64,000 nucleotides of DNA, taken from Escherichia phage vB_Eco_Tribble. The stretch lies in the sequence record OX016465, one strand, 5' to 3'. The notes beneath the pieces were generated by a model. The model saw only the letters and a program-made list of their open reading frames with translations, was not told where the DNA came from and searched no databases. A program made the position numbers and the translations under genes. Of this stretch, positions 35,743 through 45,174 are shown in pieces. The stretch's first letter is position 1, and every line of letters starts with the position of its first letter.

Positions 35743-36600
35743 ATGTCTAAAGTTGTTAAAATGAAAGCTCCGGTAGAGAAATACAATGGTACTGAACGCC
35801 AAACTCTGCGATACCTGCTGAAAGATGTCTGGTTTTATTACCTGAACACTTCACCACGTCCGGGAAAAGGTAAGTCTATTGATAAGAAATTCCCAGGAAA
35901 AGATTGTAACTACAGCGTATCAATTCTGGCAGAAGACGGTAACAAACTGTTTAAAGAGTTTACTAAGTCTAAGAAAAATCCAGAAGGTTGGGATAAAGTT
36001 ACTACTGAAGCAGTTGATGCAGATGACTTCGAAGAGAAGTTTGGTTGTAAACCACCTTTTGAAGCAGACACTTACTACATCTTGAAAGTAAGTCGTGCAG
36101 CAGCTTATAAAGATGGTGCTGTGTGGACAGCTAAACAGTCATTCCCTGTTATGCTTATTGAAGAAGTAAATGGTAAGCGTGTAGCTGTTAAGCAGCCGAT
36201 GAAGAAAATCAAAGCTCAAGCATCTGATAAACATGAAGATGACAAGAACTATGACGTAATTCATCCAGATATCGCAGTTGGTAACGGTTCTTTTGGTAGT
36301 GTGATTCTTTCTACTCACTTCTACACTTTTGAGAACAATGTTCTGACAAAACCTATTCAGGAACAGTTTATCATTGATACTCTTGTACCTTACACTGGTG
36401 GTAACGGTGCTAATGGCGAACCTGAACTGGATGAAGATGAACTGGCTATGCTTGGTCTTGATGGTGTTGAAGATAACGGTGAAATCACTGAAGAAGACGC
36501 AACAGACCATAAATCTTCGAATGATTCTGATGATGGTGATGATGAAGATTTGCCAGACCCAGATGACGAAGAAGATGAAGACTTCGATACAGAAGATTAA
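35743..36600 (+). CDS. Putative single-stranded DNA-binding protein (T7 gp2.5-like)
   Basis: Highly acidic C-terminal tail (…DEDLPDPDDEEDEDFDTED) with a near-terminal Phe; positioned between primase-helicase and exonuclease. Confidence 0.4.
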   Translation: MSKVVKMKAPVEKYNGTERQTLRYLLKDVWFYYLNTSPRPGKGKSIDKKFPGKDCNYSVSILAEDGNKLFKEFTKSKKNPEGWDKVTTEAVDADDFEEKFGCKPPFEADTYYILKVSRAAAYKDGAVWTAKQSFPVMLIEEVNGKRVAVKQPMKKIKAQASDKHEDDKNYDVIHPDIAVGNGSFGSVILSTHFYTFENNVLTKPIQEQFIIDTLVPYTGGNGANGEPELDEDELAMLGLDGVEDNGEITEEDATDHKSSNDSDDGDDEDLPDPDDEEDEDFDTED

Positions 36601-36619
36601 TCTCTAAAAGTTACTTTAA

Positions 36620-36646
36620 AGCCCTGTACTCAGTATGGGGCTTTTT
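36620..36646 (+). terminator. Intrinsic terminator
   Basis: AGCCC(T)-loop-GGGGCT hairpin followed by TTTTCAT. Confidence 0.4.
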
Positions 36647-36662
36647 CATATGGAGAGCCATA

Positions 36663-37703
36663 ATGGAGAAGTACACATTAACAAAACTTCCCGATTCAGT
36701 TACACATGTCTTTATTGACTCTGACAGTATTGCCTATAAAGGTGCTTGTGTAGTTGAGAAAGCAAAGTATAAATATGTCAATAAACTCACAGCAGAAGAG
36801 TCTGAGCCATTTGATAATGCGAAAGATGCCGCAAGATGGTTAGCAGACCAGAGAATCTTTGTGGAAGAGCTTGGTCTGACATTTGATGAAGATGAATGGG
36901 AAAGACAGACTTGGAAAGAAGCTAAGAGTGAAAAAGAAGCTATCATGGCTACTCAACAGGTTCTTCAGGAATGGCTTAAGGTTGTTGGTAAAGATAGAAC
37001 TTGGGTGGGTTATTTAACAGAGAAAGGTGTGCATAAACATAAAGACATTAAAGGTCTTGAGCACCAATATCAAGGTAACCGCAAAGATGCTGTCACACCA
37101 ACACACTTAGTTGCTTGTCGTGAATATCTTTTATCCAGACCAGAGTTCAAACTCTTAAGGGGTGGCTTCGAAGCCGATTCAATCGTAATTGCTAAAGCTG
37201 AAAAGATGGGTAAGAAAGCTGCTCTTATGAGTATTGACAAAGACCTTCGACAAGCTGAAGGAACTTATTGTATTGATATGACTTATGAAAAGTCACCACT
37301 AATTTTTATCGCTGATAATAATGTTGGTGATATCTGGGATTGCCCTATCAAATCAAAACCAAAAGCTGCAAAAACAGTTGGTGTAGGTTTTAAATTCTTG
37401 TGTTATCAGGCTGTTGCTGGAGATAATGCAGACAACTACTTTGGCCTTAAAGGTGCTGGTAAAGTAGCTGTGATGAATGCTTTAGAGGGTAAAGAAACCT
37501 ACAAAGAGTGTCTTGACGCTATCTATGAACTTTATGCTAAAAAAGACTCTTATACCTATGTGTCATGGGATGGTCAGACTGTTACAAAGACACCGTTAGA
37601 GTTAATGGAACAGCATTTCTGGGTGGCATATCAAGAGAGAAATCCAAAAGATAATTTCTCTTTTAAGAAATATAATTGGGAGCCGTGTATGAATGAAGAT
37701 TAA
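36663..37703 (+). CDS. 5'-3' exonuclease (T7 gene 6 / FEN-like)
   Basis: Acidic clusters resembling T7 gp6 as recalled: HVFIDSDSIAY, SIDKDLRQ, GDNADNYFGLKGAG. Confidence 0.6.
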   Translation: MEKYTLTKLPDSVTHVFIDSDSIAYKGACVVEKAKYKYVNKLTAEESEPFDNAKDAARWLADQRIFVEELGLTFDEDEWERQTWKEAKSEKEAIMATQQVLQEWLKVVGKDRTWVGYLTEKGVHKHKDIKGLEHQYQGNRKDAVTPTHLVACREYLLSRPEFKLLRGGFEADSIVIAKAEKMGKKAALMSIDKDLRQAEGTYCIDMTYEKSPLIFIADNNVGDIWDCPIKSKPKAAKTVGVGFKFLCYQAVAGDNADNYFGLKGAGKVAVMNALEGKETYKECLDAIYELYAKKDSYTYVSWDGQTVTKTPLELMEQHFWVAYQERNPKDNFSFKKYNWEPCMNED

Positions 37704-38190
37704 AGGATTTGGCAATTGCCCCACCTATGGCCATTGGGTATCTTTATGTGGGGAGGTTGACCCCACTAAACATTTTGGCTTTGTCTATTTAGTACACTGT
37801 AAGAAGACTGGACAATACTATATAGGAAAGAAACAGCTTAACAGTGTGACCAAAAGAAAAGTTGCTGGGAAGACTCGGAAGAAGGTAGTCACTAAGGAAA
37901 GTGATTGGATGACTTACGAGACTTCTTCTGAGTATATTAAAAAAGATATTGAAAGCTTTGGAAAGGAATCTTTTGACTTTTACATTATCCAAACCTACTA
38001 CACAAAAGGTGGCCTAGTTTATGGAGAAGCAAACCTTCAACATAAGTTCGATGTAATGACAAAAAGGATTGACTCGAAGCTCAGACTCTTCTACAATGCC
38101 AATATTGCAGCAATTAAGTTTATTACTAAAGAAACTTATGAAGATGCTGAAAAAAGAATCCATAAGGTAATGAAAGCAAATTGTGCTTGA
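37693..38190 (+). CDS. Hypothetical protein with possible GIY-YIG-like nuclease motif
   Basis: GFVY-x10-YIGKK spacing resembles GIY-x(9-11)-YIG; otherwise unassigned. Confidence 0.25.
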   Translation: MKIKGFGNCPTYGHWVSLCGEVDPTKHFGFVYLVHCKKTGQYYIGKKQLNSVTKRKVAGKTRKKVVTKESDWMTYETSSEYIKKDIESFGKESFDFYIIQTYYTKGGLVYGEANLQHKFDVMTKRIDSKLRLFYNANIAAIKFITKETYEDAEKRIHKVMKANCA

Positions 38191-38211
38191 TAACTATTGA
38201 GAGAGAATAAA

Positions 38212-38460
38212 ATGTTTAACAAAAGTAAAGCTGTGAGCCATGTAGCAAAAGTTGACAGCAAGATTGAAGAACTTGAGCGCATCCTTGCAAATGCTAGAGA
38301 GTCAATAATTAAAGAAGTTGAATCTGTTGAATCTCAAATGCAGCACCTAATGCTTAAACGTCAAGAGCTACGTGAGCATCTAGAATATATTGAAACACGA
38401 GAGCTAAAGGTTAACAAATATTTTAAGGAGTCCGAATGTTTAACTCAAGAGAATCAGTAA
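38212..38460 (+). CDS. Hypothetical small coiled-coil protein
   Basis: Start placed at ATG preceded by GAGAGAA; helical charged protein. Confidence 0.3.
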   Translation: MFNKSKAVSHVAKVDSKIEELERILANARESIIKEVESVESQMQHLMLKRQELREHLEYIETRELKVNKYFKESECLTQENQ

Positions 38461-39191
38461 AAAACTGGAACCTTCGTTGTGGAAACACTCAAAAGCAACC
38501 TTACAGTGATGAGTATTGGGAATCTTTAAAATCTCAATCTCTGTGTATGCTTGAAGAAGCAAAAGAGCTTGTAAAAGCAATTGAAGAGAAAGACCCCATT
38601 GAAACACTGGATGCTCAGGCAGATTTACAATATGTTCTTGACGGCTTGATTTATCTGTCACAACATGACCATAACGGTGCTATGAAAGCTGTTTGCCATA
38701 ATAATGACCTGAAGTACACAGATGACTATGAAGAAGCTTTAAAACGTCTTGCAGACATTGAAAAGCGTACTGGTCAAGAGTGTATTATCAGAATGTCAGT
38801 AGTTGATGGTAAAGAGTGGTATGCGATTGTTCGTGCAGCCGATGGGAAGATTATGAAGCAATCAAATCTCCCTAAAGTACAGCTTGGTGAATACATTGTA
38901 GAACTTGAAAGCCAAGAACTTTTTGTGGTAGTATCTGAGACATGCGTTATCTGCAAAGGTATTGTAGGTAGCTTAAAGGATTTGGGTGTAGATGGTTTTG
39001 TAGAAGTTAATCCAATTACCTCTAAAGCAGATAAAGACTTCTGTAAAGAGAATGGACTATGGATTGCAGATATTGTCTATTATGATGGTGAGCAGTTCCA
39101 TGTAACCTCATACCCGAAACTGAATTATGATGCTAATAACCTGAAGTGCTGGTTAAAAGGGGTTGGTTATAATGGATTCACAGAACATTAA
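38436..39191 (+). CDS. Hypothetical protein with possible MazG-like pyrophosphohydrolase N-terminus
   Basis: N-terminal EExxE…D…D pattern (MLEEAKELVKAIEE…DAQADLQYVLDGLIY). Confidence 0.3.
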   Translation: MFNSRESVKNWNLRCGNTQKQPYSDEYWESLKSQSLCMLEEAKELVKAIEEKDPIETLDAQADLQYVLDGLIYLSQHDHNGAMKAVCHNNDLKYTDDYEEALKRLADIEKRTGQECIIRMSVVDGKEWYAIVRAADGKIMKQSNLPKVQLGEYIVELESQELFVVVSETCVICKGIVGSLKDLGVDGFVEVNPITSKADKDFCKENGLWIADIVYYDGEQFHVTSYPKLNYDANNLKCWLKGVGYNGFTEH

Positions 39192-39495
39192 TAAAGAGGG
39201 TGTGGCTCAGAAGAGCCACTTCTCAAACTACAATATTTCTATGACGGTGTTTATGAATGACCCGTTACTTGAAAAGTATGGTGAGACTCCAGATACACTT
39301 CTGGATAATGAACAAGTTTTAAAAGCAGTCCTGTACAAATACGGGATTGACATTGAGAAAGAGTATTCTTTTGAAATCTGCCAACACAGAAATACTTTCG
39401 GTAAAGTTGTGATGGCTCCACTCTTTATGGGTGTAGAAAGGACTGATTATGGTTGGTTGTATCTAAAAAGAAACTTGGAGAAATACCGTGTCTAA
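39163..39495 (+). CDS. Hypothetical protein
   Basis: 110 aa ORF in the plus-strand series. Confidence 0.25.
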   Translation: MVIMDSQNINKEGVAQKSHFSNYNISMTVFMNDPLLEKYGETPDTLLDNEQVLKAVLYKYGIDIEKEYSFEICQHRNTFGKVVMAPLFMGVERTDYGWLYLKRNLEKYRV

Positions 39496-39824
39496 AACAA
39501 AAAAAGCTATCTTATGATGACATCATCTCAGGTGCTAAGTTAGGTGTTGACAGTATCGGACAAGATATCAAGCACGGGGACACAGTTATGTACTGTGATG
39601 ACCGAAGAGGAAGAAGCGCAATCTTGTTTGGGAGAATTGTTTGCAAGATGCGAGGTAATTATGTTGTTGCAGACATGGATGTGAACGTTACACAAAAACT
39701 TGAAACGATTATGGGTGATAATACACCGTCATGGCTCCTGAATTGTATGCACACTTCTTCAGTCACAAAAGTAAGTGATAAGTTTTACGATATGTGGCAG
39801 AATGAGCAAATTTTCAAGATTTAA
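39453..39824 (+). CDS. Hypothetical protein
   Basis: 123 aa ORF followed by a terminator. Confidence 0.25.
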   Translation: MVVSKKKLGEIPCLKQKKLSYDDIISGAKLGVDSIGQDIKHGDTVMYCDDRRGRSAILFGRIVCKMRGNYVVADMDVNVTQKLETIMGDNTPSWLLNCMHTSSVTKVSDKFYDMWQNEQIFKI

Positions 39825-39828
39825 ACTA

Positions 39829-39853
39829 TGGAGCCTCTTCGGAGGCTCTTTTC
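39829..39853 (+). terminator. Intrinsic terminator upstream of nrdA
   Basis: GGAGCCTC-TTCG-GAGGCTC followed by TTTTC. Confidence 0.55.
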
Positions 39854-39870
39854 ATCTGTAGGACTCAAAA

Positions 39871-42105
39871 ATGATTAAGACAATTAAAAAATCAAACGGT
39901 ACAGTAGTCAGCTTTGACCCAGAAAGACTGAATAAATGGGCATCATGGGCAGATAAACGTGGAATTATCTGGTCAGAAGTCACTATGGAAGCTATGAAAC
40001 GTGTCTATGAGGGTTGCACTACAAAAGAGATGCACCAAGCCATGATTGATGTTTGTGTTGATAAACAAACTCAAGAGTACTCAGACATGGCTGGACGACT
40101 GCTTTTGGGTATTATCTACAAAGAAGCCTTTGGAGGCTTTACTAAGGTTCCTACGCTGGTCACCTTCGTTAAAAATATGGAGAGAGCAGGACTTTGGGAG
40201 AAGATGGATTATTCACAGGAAGAGCTTGAATACCTGCAAGGTTACATCGTACACTCAAAAGATATCTCTTACGGTTATGCAGTCTTGAAACAGTTCAGAG
40301 ACAAGTATGGTATCCGTGATATTAAAACGGGAAGACTTTTTGAGTCACCACAATTTATGTTTATGGGTATGGCTATGAAAGCTTTTGAGAAGCAACCAAA
40401 GCACCGTAGACTGCAAGATGTTATCAAGCTGTACACTTATCTATCTGACCTGAAGATTAACGCCCCTACGCCTTATTTAAATGGCTTAAGAGCAACTAAA
40501 TCAGGTTATGCGTCATGCTGTTTGATTAAGGCAAATGATACTGCTGAGTCTCTCGGTATTGCTGCAAAGGTTGCTTATGATATGACCACAAAGCAAGCTG
40601 GTATTGGTATGCTGATGGAGACACGTACTATTGGTGATGGTATCCGTCAAAATACGATTGAGCACATGGGTAAGCTGCCTTATTACAAGCTTGTACGTTC
40701 ATCTGTAGAGGCAAACAAACAGAAGAGCCGTGGTGGTTCAGCTAATAACTTCTACACTGCTCTAGACCCGCAGATTGAAGATTTACTGCGTTTGAAGCAC
40801 CCTACAACGGTTCCTTCTAAACGTATTAATGAGATGGACTACTCATTCGGCACAAACGATTATTTCTGGCAGTGTGTTCAGTATGATACAGATTGGTTGC
40901 TATTCTCTTACAAAGATGCACCAAAACTCTATGACATGTTCTACACAGCATCTGCTGATGAGTTTGCTATGGCAGTTGGTCACGCAGTACATTCAGGAGT
41001 TAAGCACAGACGAGTAAAGGCTCGTGAAATTGCTAAGCTGTTTATTCAACAGCGTTATGCTACAGGTCGTGTGTATCCATTCTTCACTAACAATGCAAAC
41101 ACACATACACCATTTAAAGAGCCTTTGAAGATGTCAAATCTTTGTATGGAAATTGTGTTGCCAGTGTATGGTTTTGAGAAAGAGACAGACCTTTACAGAG
41201 ACGATGCTGTGAAAGAGGATGGTGAGGTGGCTCTTTGCTTCCTAGCTAGTTTGGTTGCAGGGAGAATTTCAGAAGATGAATACGCTGACGTTGCTTATTA
41301 TGCTCTTGCAATGGTTGATTCCGTTATTGACCTTATGGATTATCCGTATCCGTCGATGCATAACCATGTTCAGAAGCGTCGTTCTGTTGGGATTGGCCTT
41401 ACAAATGTGGCTCATTACCTTGCGAAGAACTACGTGAACTACTCTTCACGAGCAGGTAAGACGAAGCTTCATGAACTTGCAGAGATGCACTCTTACTATC
41501 TGCATGAAGCCTCTCTGAGACTTGCTAAAGAGCGTGGTGTTCCAGAGTACATGAAGTTCACTAAGTATCCTGAAGGCTGGGTTCCTCCAAAGACAGCTAA
41601 CAAGAAGATTGATGAAAAGCATGATGCAAAACTAAGATATGATTGGGATGACTTAGCACAACGTATCAAAGAGAATGGTGGAATCCGAAACTCTGTATTA
41701 GAAGCTTACATGCCTAATGAGAGTTCTTCACTAGCAACTAATACGACAAATGGCTTGTACCCAATTCGTGACTTTATTTTAACTAAAAAGTCTGCAACTG
41801 GTAACGTACTGTTTATTGTTCCAGATTATGAAGAGTTGAAGTATGTTTATGAAATTGCTTGGGGTATTGACACCTTTGATATAATTGATTGTTATGCAAT
41901 TGTTCAAAAGTTCACTGGTCAAGCTATTTCTTCAGACTTCTATGTTGACTATGCAAAGTCTAAGAAGGTATCATTGGCTCAAGCTCTGAAGTACATGATT
42001 TATGCCAACTCGGTAGGTATGAAAACCATGTACTACCTTAACAGTCGCATTGGTGTAGGTAAATCTGCACTGCAAGATGCTTATTGCGAGGGCTGTGGTG
42101 TTTAG
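39871..42105 (+). CDS. nrdA: Ribonucleoside-diphosphate reductase large subunit (class Ia)
   Basis: N-terminal ATP-cone-like segment; active-site region SNLCMEIVLP; 744 aa. Confidence 0.85.
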   Translation: MIKTIKKSNGTVVSFDPERLNKWASWADKRGIIWSEVTMEAMKRVYEGCTTKEMHQAMIDVCVDKQTQEYSDMAGRLLLGIIYKEAFGGFTKVPTLVTFVKNMERAGLWEKMDYSQEELEYLQGYIVHSKDISYGYAVLKQFRDKYGIRDIKTGRLFESPQFMFMGMAMKAFEKQPKHRRLQDVIKLYTYLSDLKINAPTPYLNGLRATKSGYASCCLIKANDTAESLGIAAKVAYDMTTKQAGIGMLMETRTIGDGIRQNTIEHMGKLPYYKLVRSSVEANKQKSRGGSANNFYTALDPQIEDLLRLKHPTTVPSKRINEMDYSFGTNDYFWQCVQYDTDWLLFSYKDAPKLYDMFYTASADEFAMAVGHAVHSGVKHRRVKAREIAKLFIQQRYATGRVYPFFTNNANTHTPFKEPLKMSNLCMEIVLPVYGFEKETDLYRDDAVKEDGEVALCFLASLVAGRISEDEYADVAYYALAMVDSVIDLMDYPYPSMHNHVQKRRSVGIGLTNVAHYLAKNYVNYSSRAGKTKLHELAEMHSYYLHEASLRLAKERGVPEYMKFTKYPEGWVPPKTANKKIDEKHDAKLRYDWDDLAQRIKENGGIRNSVLEAYMPNESSSLATNTTNGLYPIRDFILTKKSATGNVLFIVPDYEELKYVYEIAWGIDTFDIIDCYAIVQKFTGQAISSDFYVDYAKSKKVSLAQALKYMIYANSVGMKTMYYLNSRIGVGKSALQDAYCEGCGV

Positions 42106-42160
42106 TTTTAATAACTATGAGGGTCGTAAAAGACCCTCTAAAAATAACTTTGGAGAGACC

Positions 42161-42418
42161 ATGAAAGATTTAATAGAAAAACATGAGCGACCTATATACT
42201 TGCTCCACAAGCCTCGGAAAACGATGTACTATGTGAGTAGCACAGATATGATGATAAAACAAAAGGATGACTCATGGGTTGCTGGTATCTCTTACATCTC
42301 TACAGCAGATGGTAAAATCTACGCAAGACCTTATGAGATGTTCAACAAAGAAAATTGGGAAGTTTTAGACAGAAAACAAGCCTCAGAAATGATAAAGAAA
42401 GGAGAAATCACACTATGA
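42161..42418 (+). CDS. Hypothetical small protein between nrdA and nrdB
   Basis: ATG at 42161 preceded by GGAGAGA; ends at the nrdB start (ATGA overlap). Confidence 0.3.
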   Translation: MKDLIEKHERPIYLLHKPRKTMYYVSSTDMMIKQKDDSWVAGISYISTADGKIYARPYEMFNKENWEVLDRKQASEMIKKGEITL

Positions 42419-43488
42419 TTAACCAGCATCCAATCTTTTTAGGTGGTGAGAGAAAAACTTTTGACTCACTCAATAAGCACTACCCAAAAATCTTTGAACT
42501 TTATAAACAACAAAAAGCACAAGATTGGTCAGAAGATGAGTTCCCTTTTGAACAATCACGTCTTGATTTTGAGAGTGTCCCAGCATCAATGTCAGGTGTA
42601 ATGCTTGAGATTCTTAAGTGGCAATGGGAAGCAGACACTCAAGTTGCTAAGAGCTTGGCATTTGCCTTTGCACCCTTTATCTCTGACGACATCTATGCAA
42701 CTGCAATTATGAAGCAGTCTGAGATTGAAAACCTACATGCTCTTACTTACTCAGAGATTGTAAGACAATGTATTAAAAACCCTGAAACAATCTTAGATGA
42801 GATTAACCAGAATGTTGCTGTGCAAGACCGATTAAAAACTGTGAATCGTGTTCTTGAAGAATTACTGGATGAGGGTATAAACTATCGGCTGAGTTATGTG
42901 CGTGACTCACTTTTGGACAAAGACCCTTTACACTTCCATAAAGTGATTCTAAAAGGTCTGTTTGCAGTGACTGCACTTGAAGGTATATCTTTTATGGCAT
43001 CCTTTGCATGTACCTTTGCACTTGATGCTCAAGATAAATTTCAGGGTATTGCTCAAGCTGTCCAGAAAATTATGCTTGACGAAATTCTTCACACTAAAAT
43101 TGATATTGAAGTTTTAAAAGAAACTTTAAGAGATGATGAGTGGCAGAAAGCTTTTCAACAAATTCTTCCAGAGATTAAAGTAATCTTAGATGAAGTAGTT
43201 GAAAGTGAAGAAAAATGGTCGTATTATATCTTCTCTGAAGGGCGTGCTGTAGTTGGCTTAAATACAAAGCTTCTTCATGAGTGGGTTTACTATAATGCTG
43301 CCCCACTGTATGATATGTTTGGCATTCCAAGAGATTTTGTAGCTCCCAAAGAACCACCTTTGAAGTACATGATTAAGAAGATGGAAATTGATAAAGAGCA
43401 GAATGCTAATCAGGAGCAACAGAACGGTGCGTACCTATTGAATACTGTTGTAGATGATTTGAATAGTGGATTTTTAGAGGTTCCTTAA
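42415..43488 (+). CDS. nrdB: Ribonucleoside-diphosphate reductase small subunit
   Basis: Start reassigned to ATG 42415 with AAGGAG Shine-Dalgarno; NrdB-like ferritin-type helices with conserved Glu/His positions. Confidence 0.75.
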   Translation: MINQHPIFLGGERKTFDSLNKHYPKIFELYKQQKAQDWSEDEFPFEQSRLDFESVPASMSGVMLEILKWQWEADTQVAKSLAFAFAPFISDDIYATAIMKQSEIENLHALTYSEIVRQCIKNPETILDEINQNVAVQDRLKTVNRVLEELLDEGINYRLSYVRDSLLDKDPLHFHKVILKGLFAVTALEGISFMASFACTFALDAQDKFQGIAQAVQKIMLDEILHTKIDIEVLKETLRDDEWQKAFQQILPEIKVILDEVVESEEKWSYYIFSEGRAVVGLNTKLLHEWVYYNAAPLYDMFGIPRDFVAPKEPPLKYMIKKMEIDKEQNANQEQQNGAYLLNTVVDDLNSGFLEVP

Positions 43489-43730
43489 TGACTTATGTAA
43501 TTTACTCCAAAACTGGATGCCCTCAGTGTGAGACTGCAAAGAATTTTGCAAAAGCTCGCGGTATTGACCATGTTGTGAGGATGTTAGGGCAGGATTATGA
43601 GCTATCAGAACTAATGGATATTGCACAGATGCCAGTTCGTCAGATGCCATTCATCATGAAAACTGATGGACAAAACCTAAAACCTGTTGGGACGCTACAG
43701 AATTTTATGGCAGAGGTGAATAATGCTTAA
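43488..43730 (+). CDS. Glutaredoxin-like protein (NrdH/NrdC-type)
   Basis: 80 aa with CPQC redox motif near N-terminus; directly follows nrdB. Confidence 0.6.
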   Translation: MTYVIYSKTGCPQCETAKNFAKARGIDHVVRMLGQDYELSELMDIAQMPVRQMPFIMKTDGQNLKPVGTLQNFMAEVNNA

Positions 43731-43929
43731 ACGCCTTTGGGAAGGTTTGGTTATTGATGCACCAGTTATTGTAATTGGTATGCTTATTGCTAACCTATTT
43801 ACTGACTTTAAACAAGGTTTGTTGTTTGGAGCCATGTTACTATGGGTTATCTTTGAGATATTAGAGATACAGTTAGGTATCACTGAAAAACTAAGAGAAC
43901 TCTTTGCGAAGTTTTCTAAAAAGATTTAA
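43723..43929 (+). CDS. Small membrane protein
   Basis: 68 aa with two hydrophobic segments. Confidence 0.3.
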   Translation: MLKRLWEGLVIDAPVIVIGMLIANLFTDFKQGLLFGAMLLWVIFEILEIQLGITEKLRELFAKFSKKI

Positions 43930-43936
43930 AATGAAA

Positions 43937-43958
43937 GGGTCTCTTCGGAGACCTTTTT
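43937..43958 (+). terminator. Intrinsic terminator
   Basis: GGTCTC-TTCG-GAGACC followed by TTTTT. Confidence 0.55.
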
Positions 43959-43977
43959 AGCATATAAAGGGGCAATA

Positions 43978-45174
43978 ATGAACAAAGTACAGATTATTAA
44001 AAAGAACGGCTCACTCGAAGAACCAGATATCAAAAAAGTTTTAGCAGCAGTCACTAAGTCAGCTAATAGGGTTGGGTATAAAGAACTACCACCAGATGTT
44101 ACCCAAGCTCTTGAGTCAGCATTTATGAGGATTCTGGTAAAATCCACTAAGCAGAATAATTTACTCATTTCAGTAAATGATATTCACAGTATTGTTGAGG
44201 GTGCTTTGGCAGAAGTCAATCACGAGATTTATGAGTCTTACTCAACATATAGAAATTACCGTAAAGAAGTTGCTCAAAATTGGGATGAACTCTACCAGAA
44301 GACCAAAGATACACTCTTCTTAGGCGACAGAGAGAATGCTAACTTTGACAGCAGTTTAATTTCTACAAAAGGCTCAATTATTCGTGGTTACCTGACTAAA
44401 GAAATCTTTAAACAGTACCATTTAACACCAGAGGAACTTGAAGCCATTGAAAAAGGGTTTATCTATATCCATGATTTAAGAGACCTAATTTTTGGTGGTA
44501 TCAACTGTTGCCTGTTTGACATTGGTAAAGTGCTGAAAGGTGGCTTTGAAATGTCTGGCATTGAATACTGTGAACCGAAGTCTGTGCTGTCAGCCTTACA
44601 GGTTATTGGTGATGTAGTTCTTTCAGCAACTGCACAGCAATTTGGTGGCTTTACTTTAGCAGAGATTGATAAGGTACTTGTACCGTATGCTAAGAAGTCT
44701 TTAGTGTACCACTCAGAGAAAGCTGAAGAGTACGGAATCCCTAAAGAGCAACACTATAATTACGTAATGGAGCAATTACAGAATGAGTTAACACAAGGTT
44801 TCCAATCTCTTGAAATGAAACTTAACACTGTTCCTTGCAGTCGCGGTGATTTTGCATTTACTACTCTGACATTTGGTCTGTTGGAACCAGATATGCACAA
44901 TGAAGATAACCGTCTTCAGTTTATGATTGCCAATACAATCCTTAACGTAAGGATGAACGGGCAAGGAAAAAGCAAAAAACCTGTTGTGTTCCCTAAACTT
45001 GTGTATATCTATGAAGAAACGAGACATAAGCTTGATGTATGCCAAGCAAGGTTGTTTGAAAAAGCTATTGAGTGTTGCTCTAAAGCTATGTATCCAGATT
45101 TCTTAAGTGTAACTGGACATGGTGCTGTAGCAGAGGCTTTTGAGCGTTCTGGTAAGGTAATTTCCCCGATGGGT
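43978..45174 (+). CDS. nrdD: Anaerobic ribonucleoside-triphosphate reductase (class III), exon 1
   Basis: N-terminal ATP-cone; ends …VISPMG, matching E. coli NrdD …TPMG|CRSFL…; annotated ORF stops one codon later inside the intron. Confidence 0.75.
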
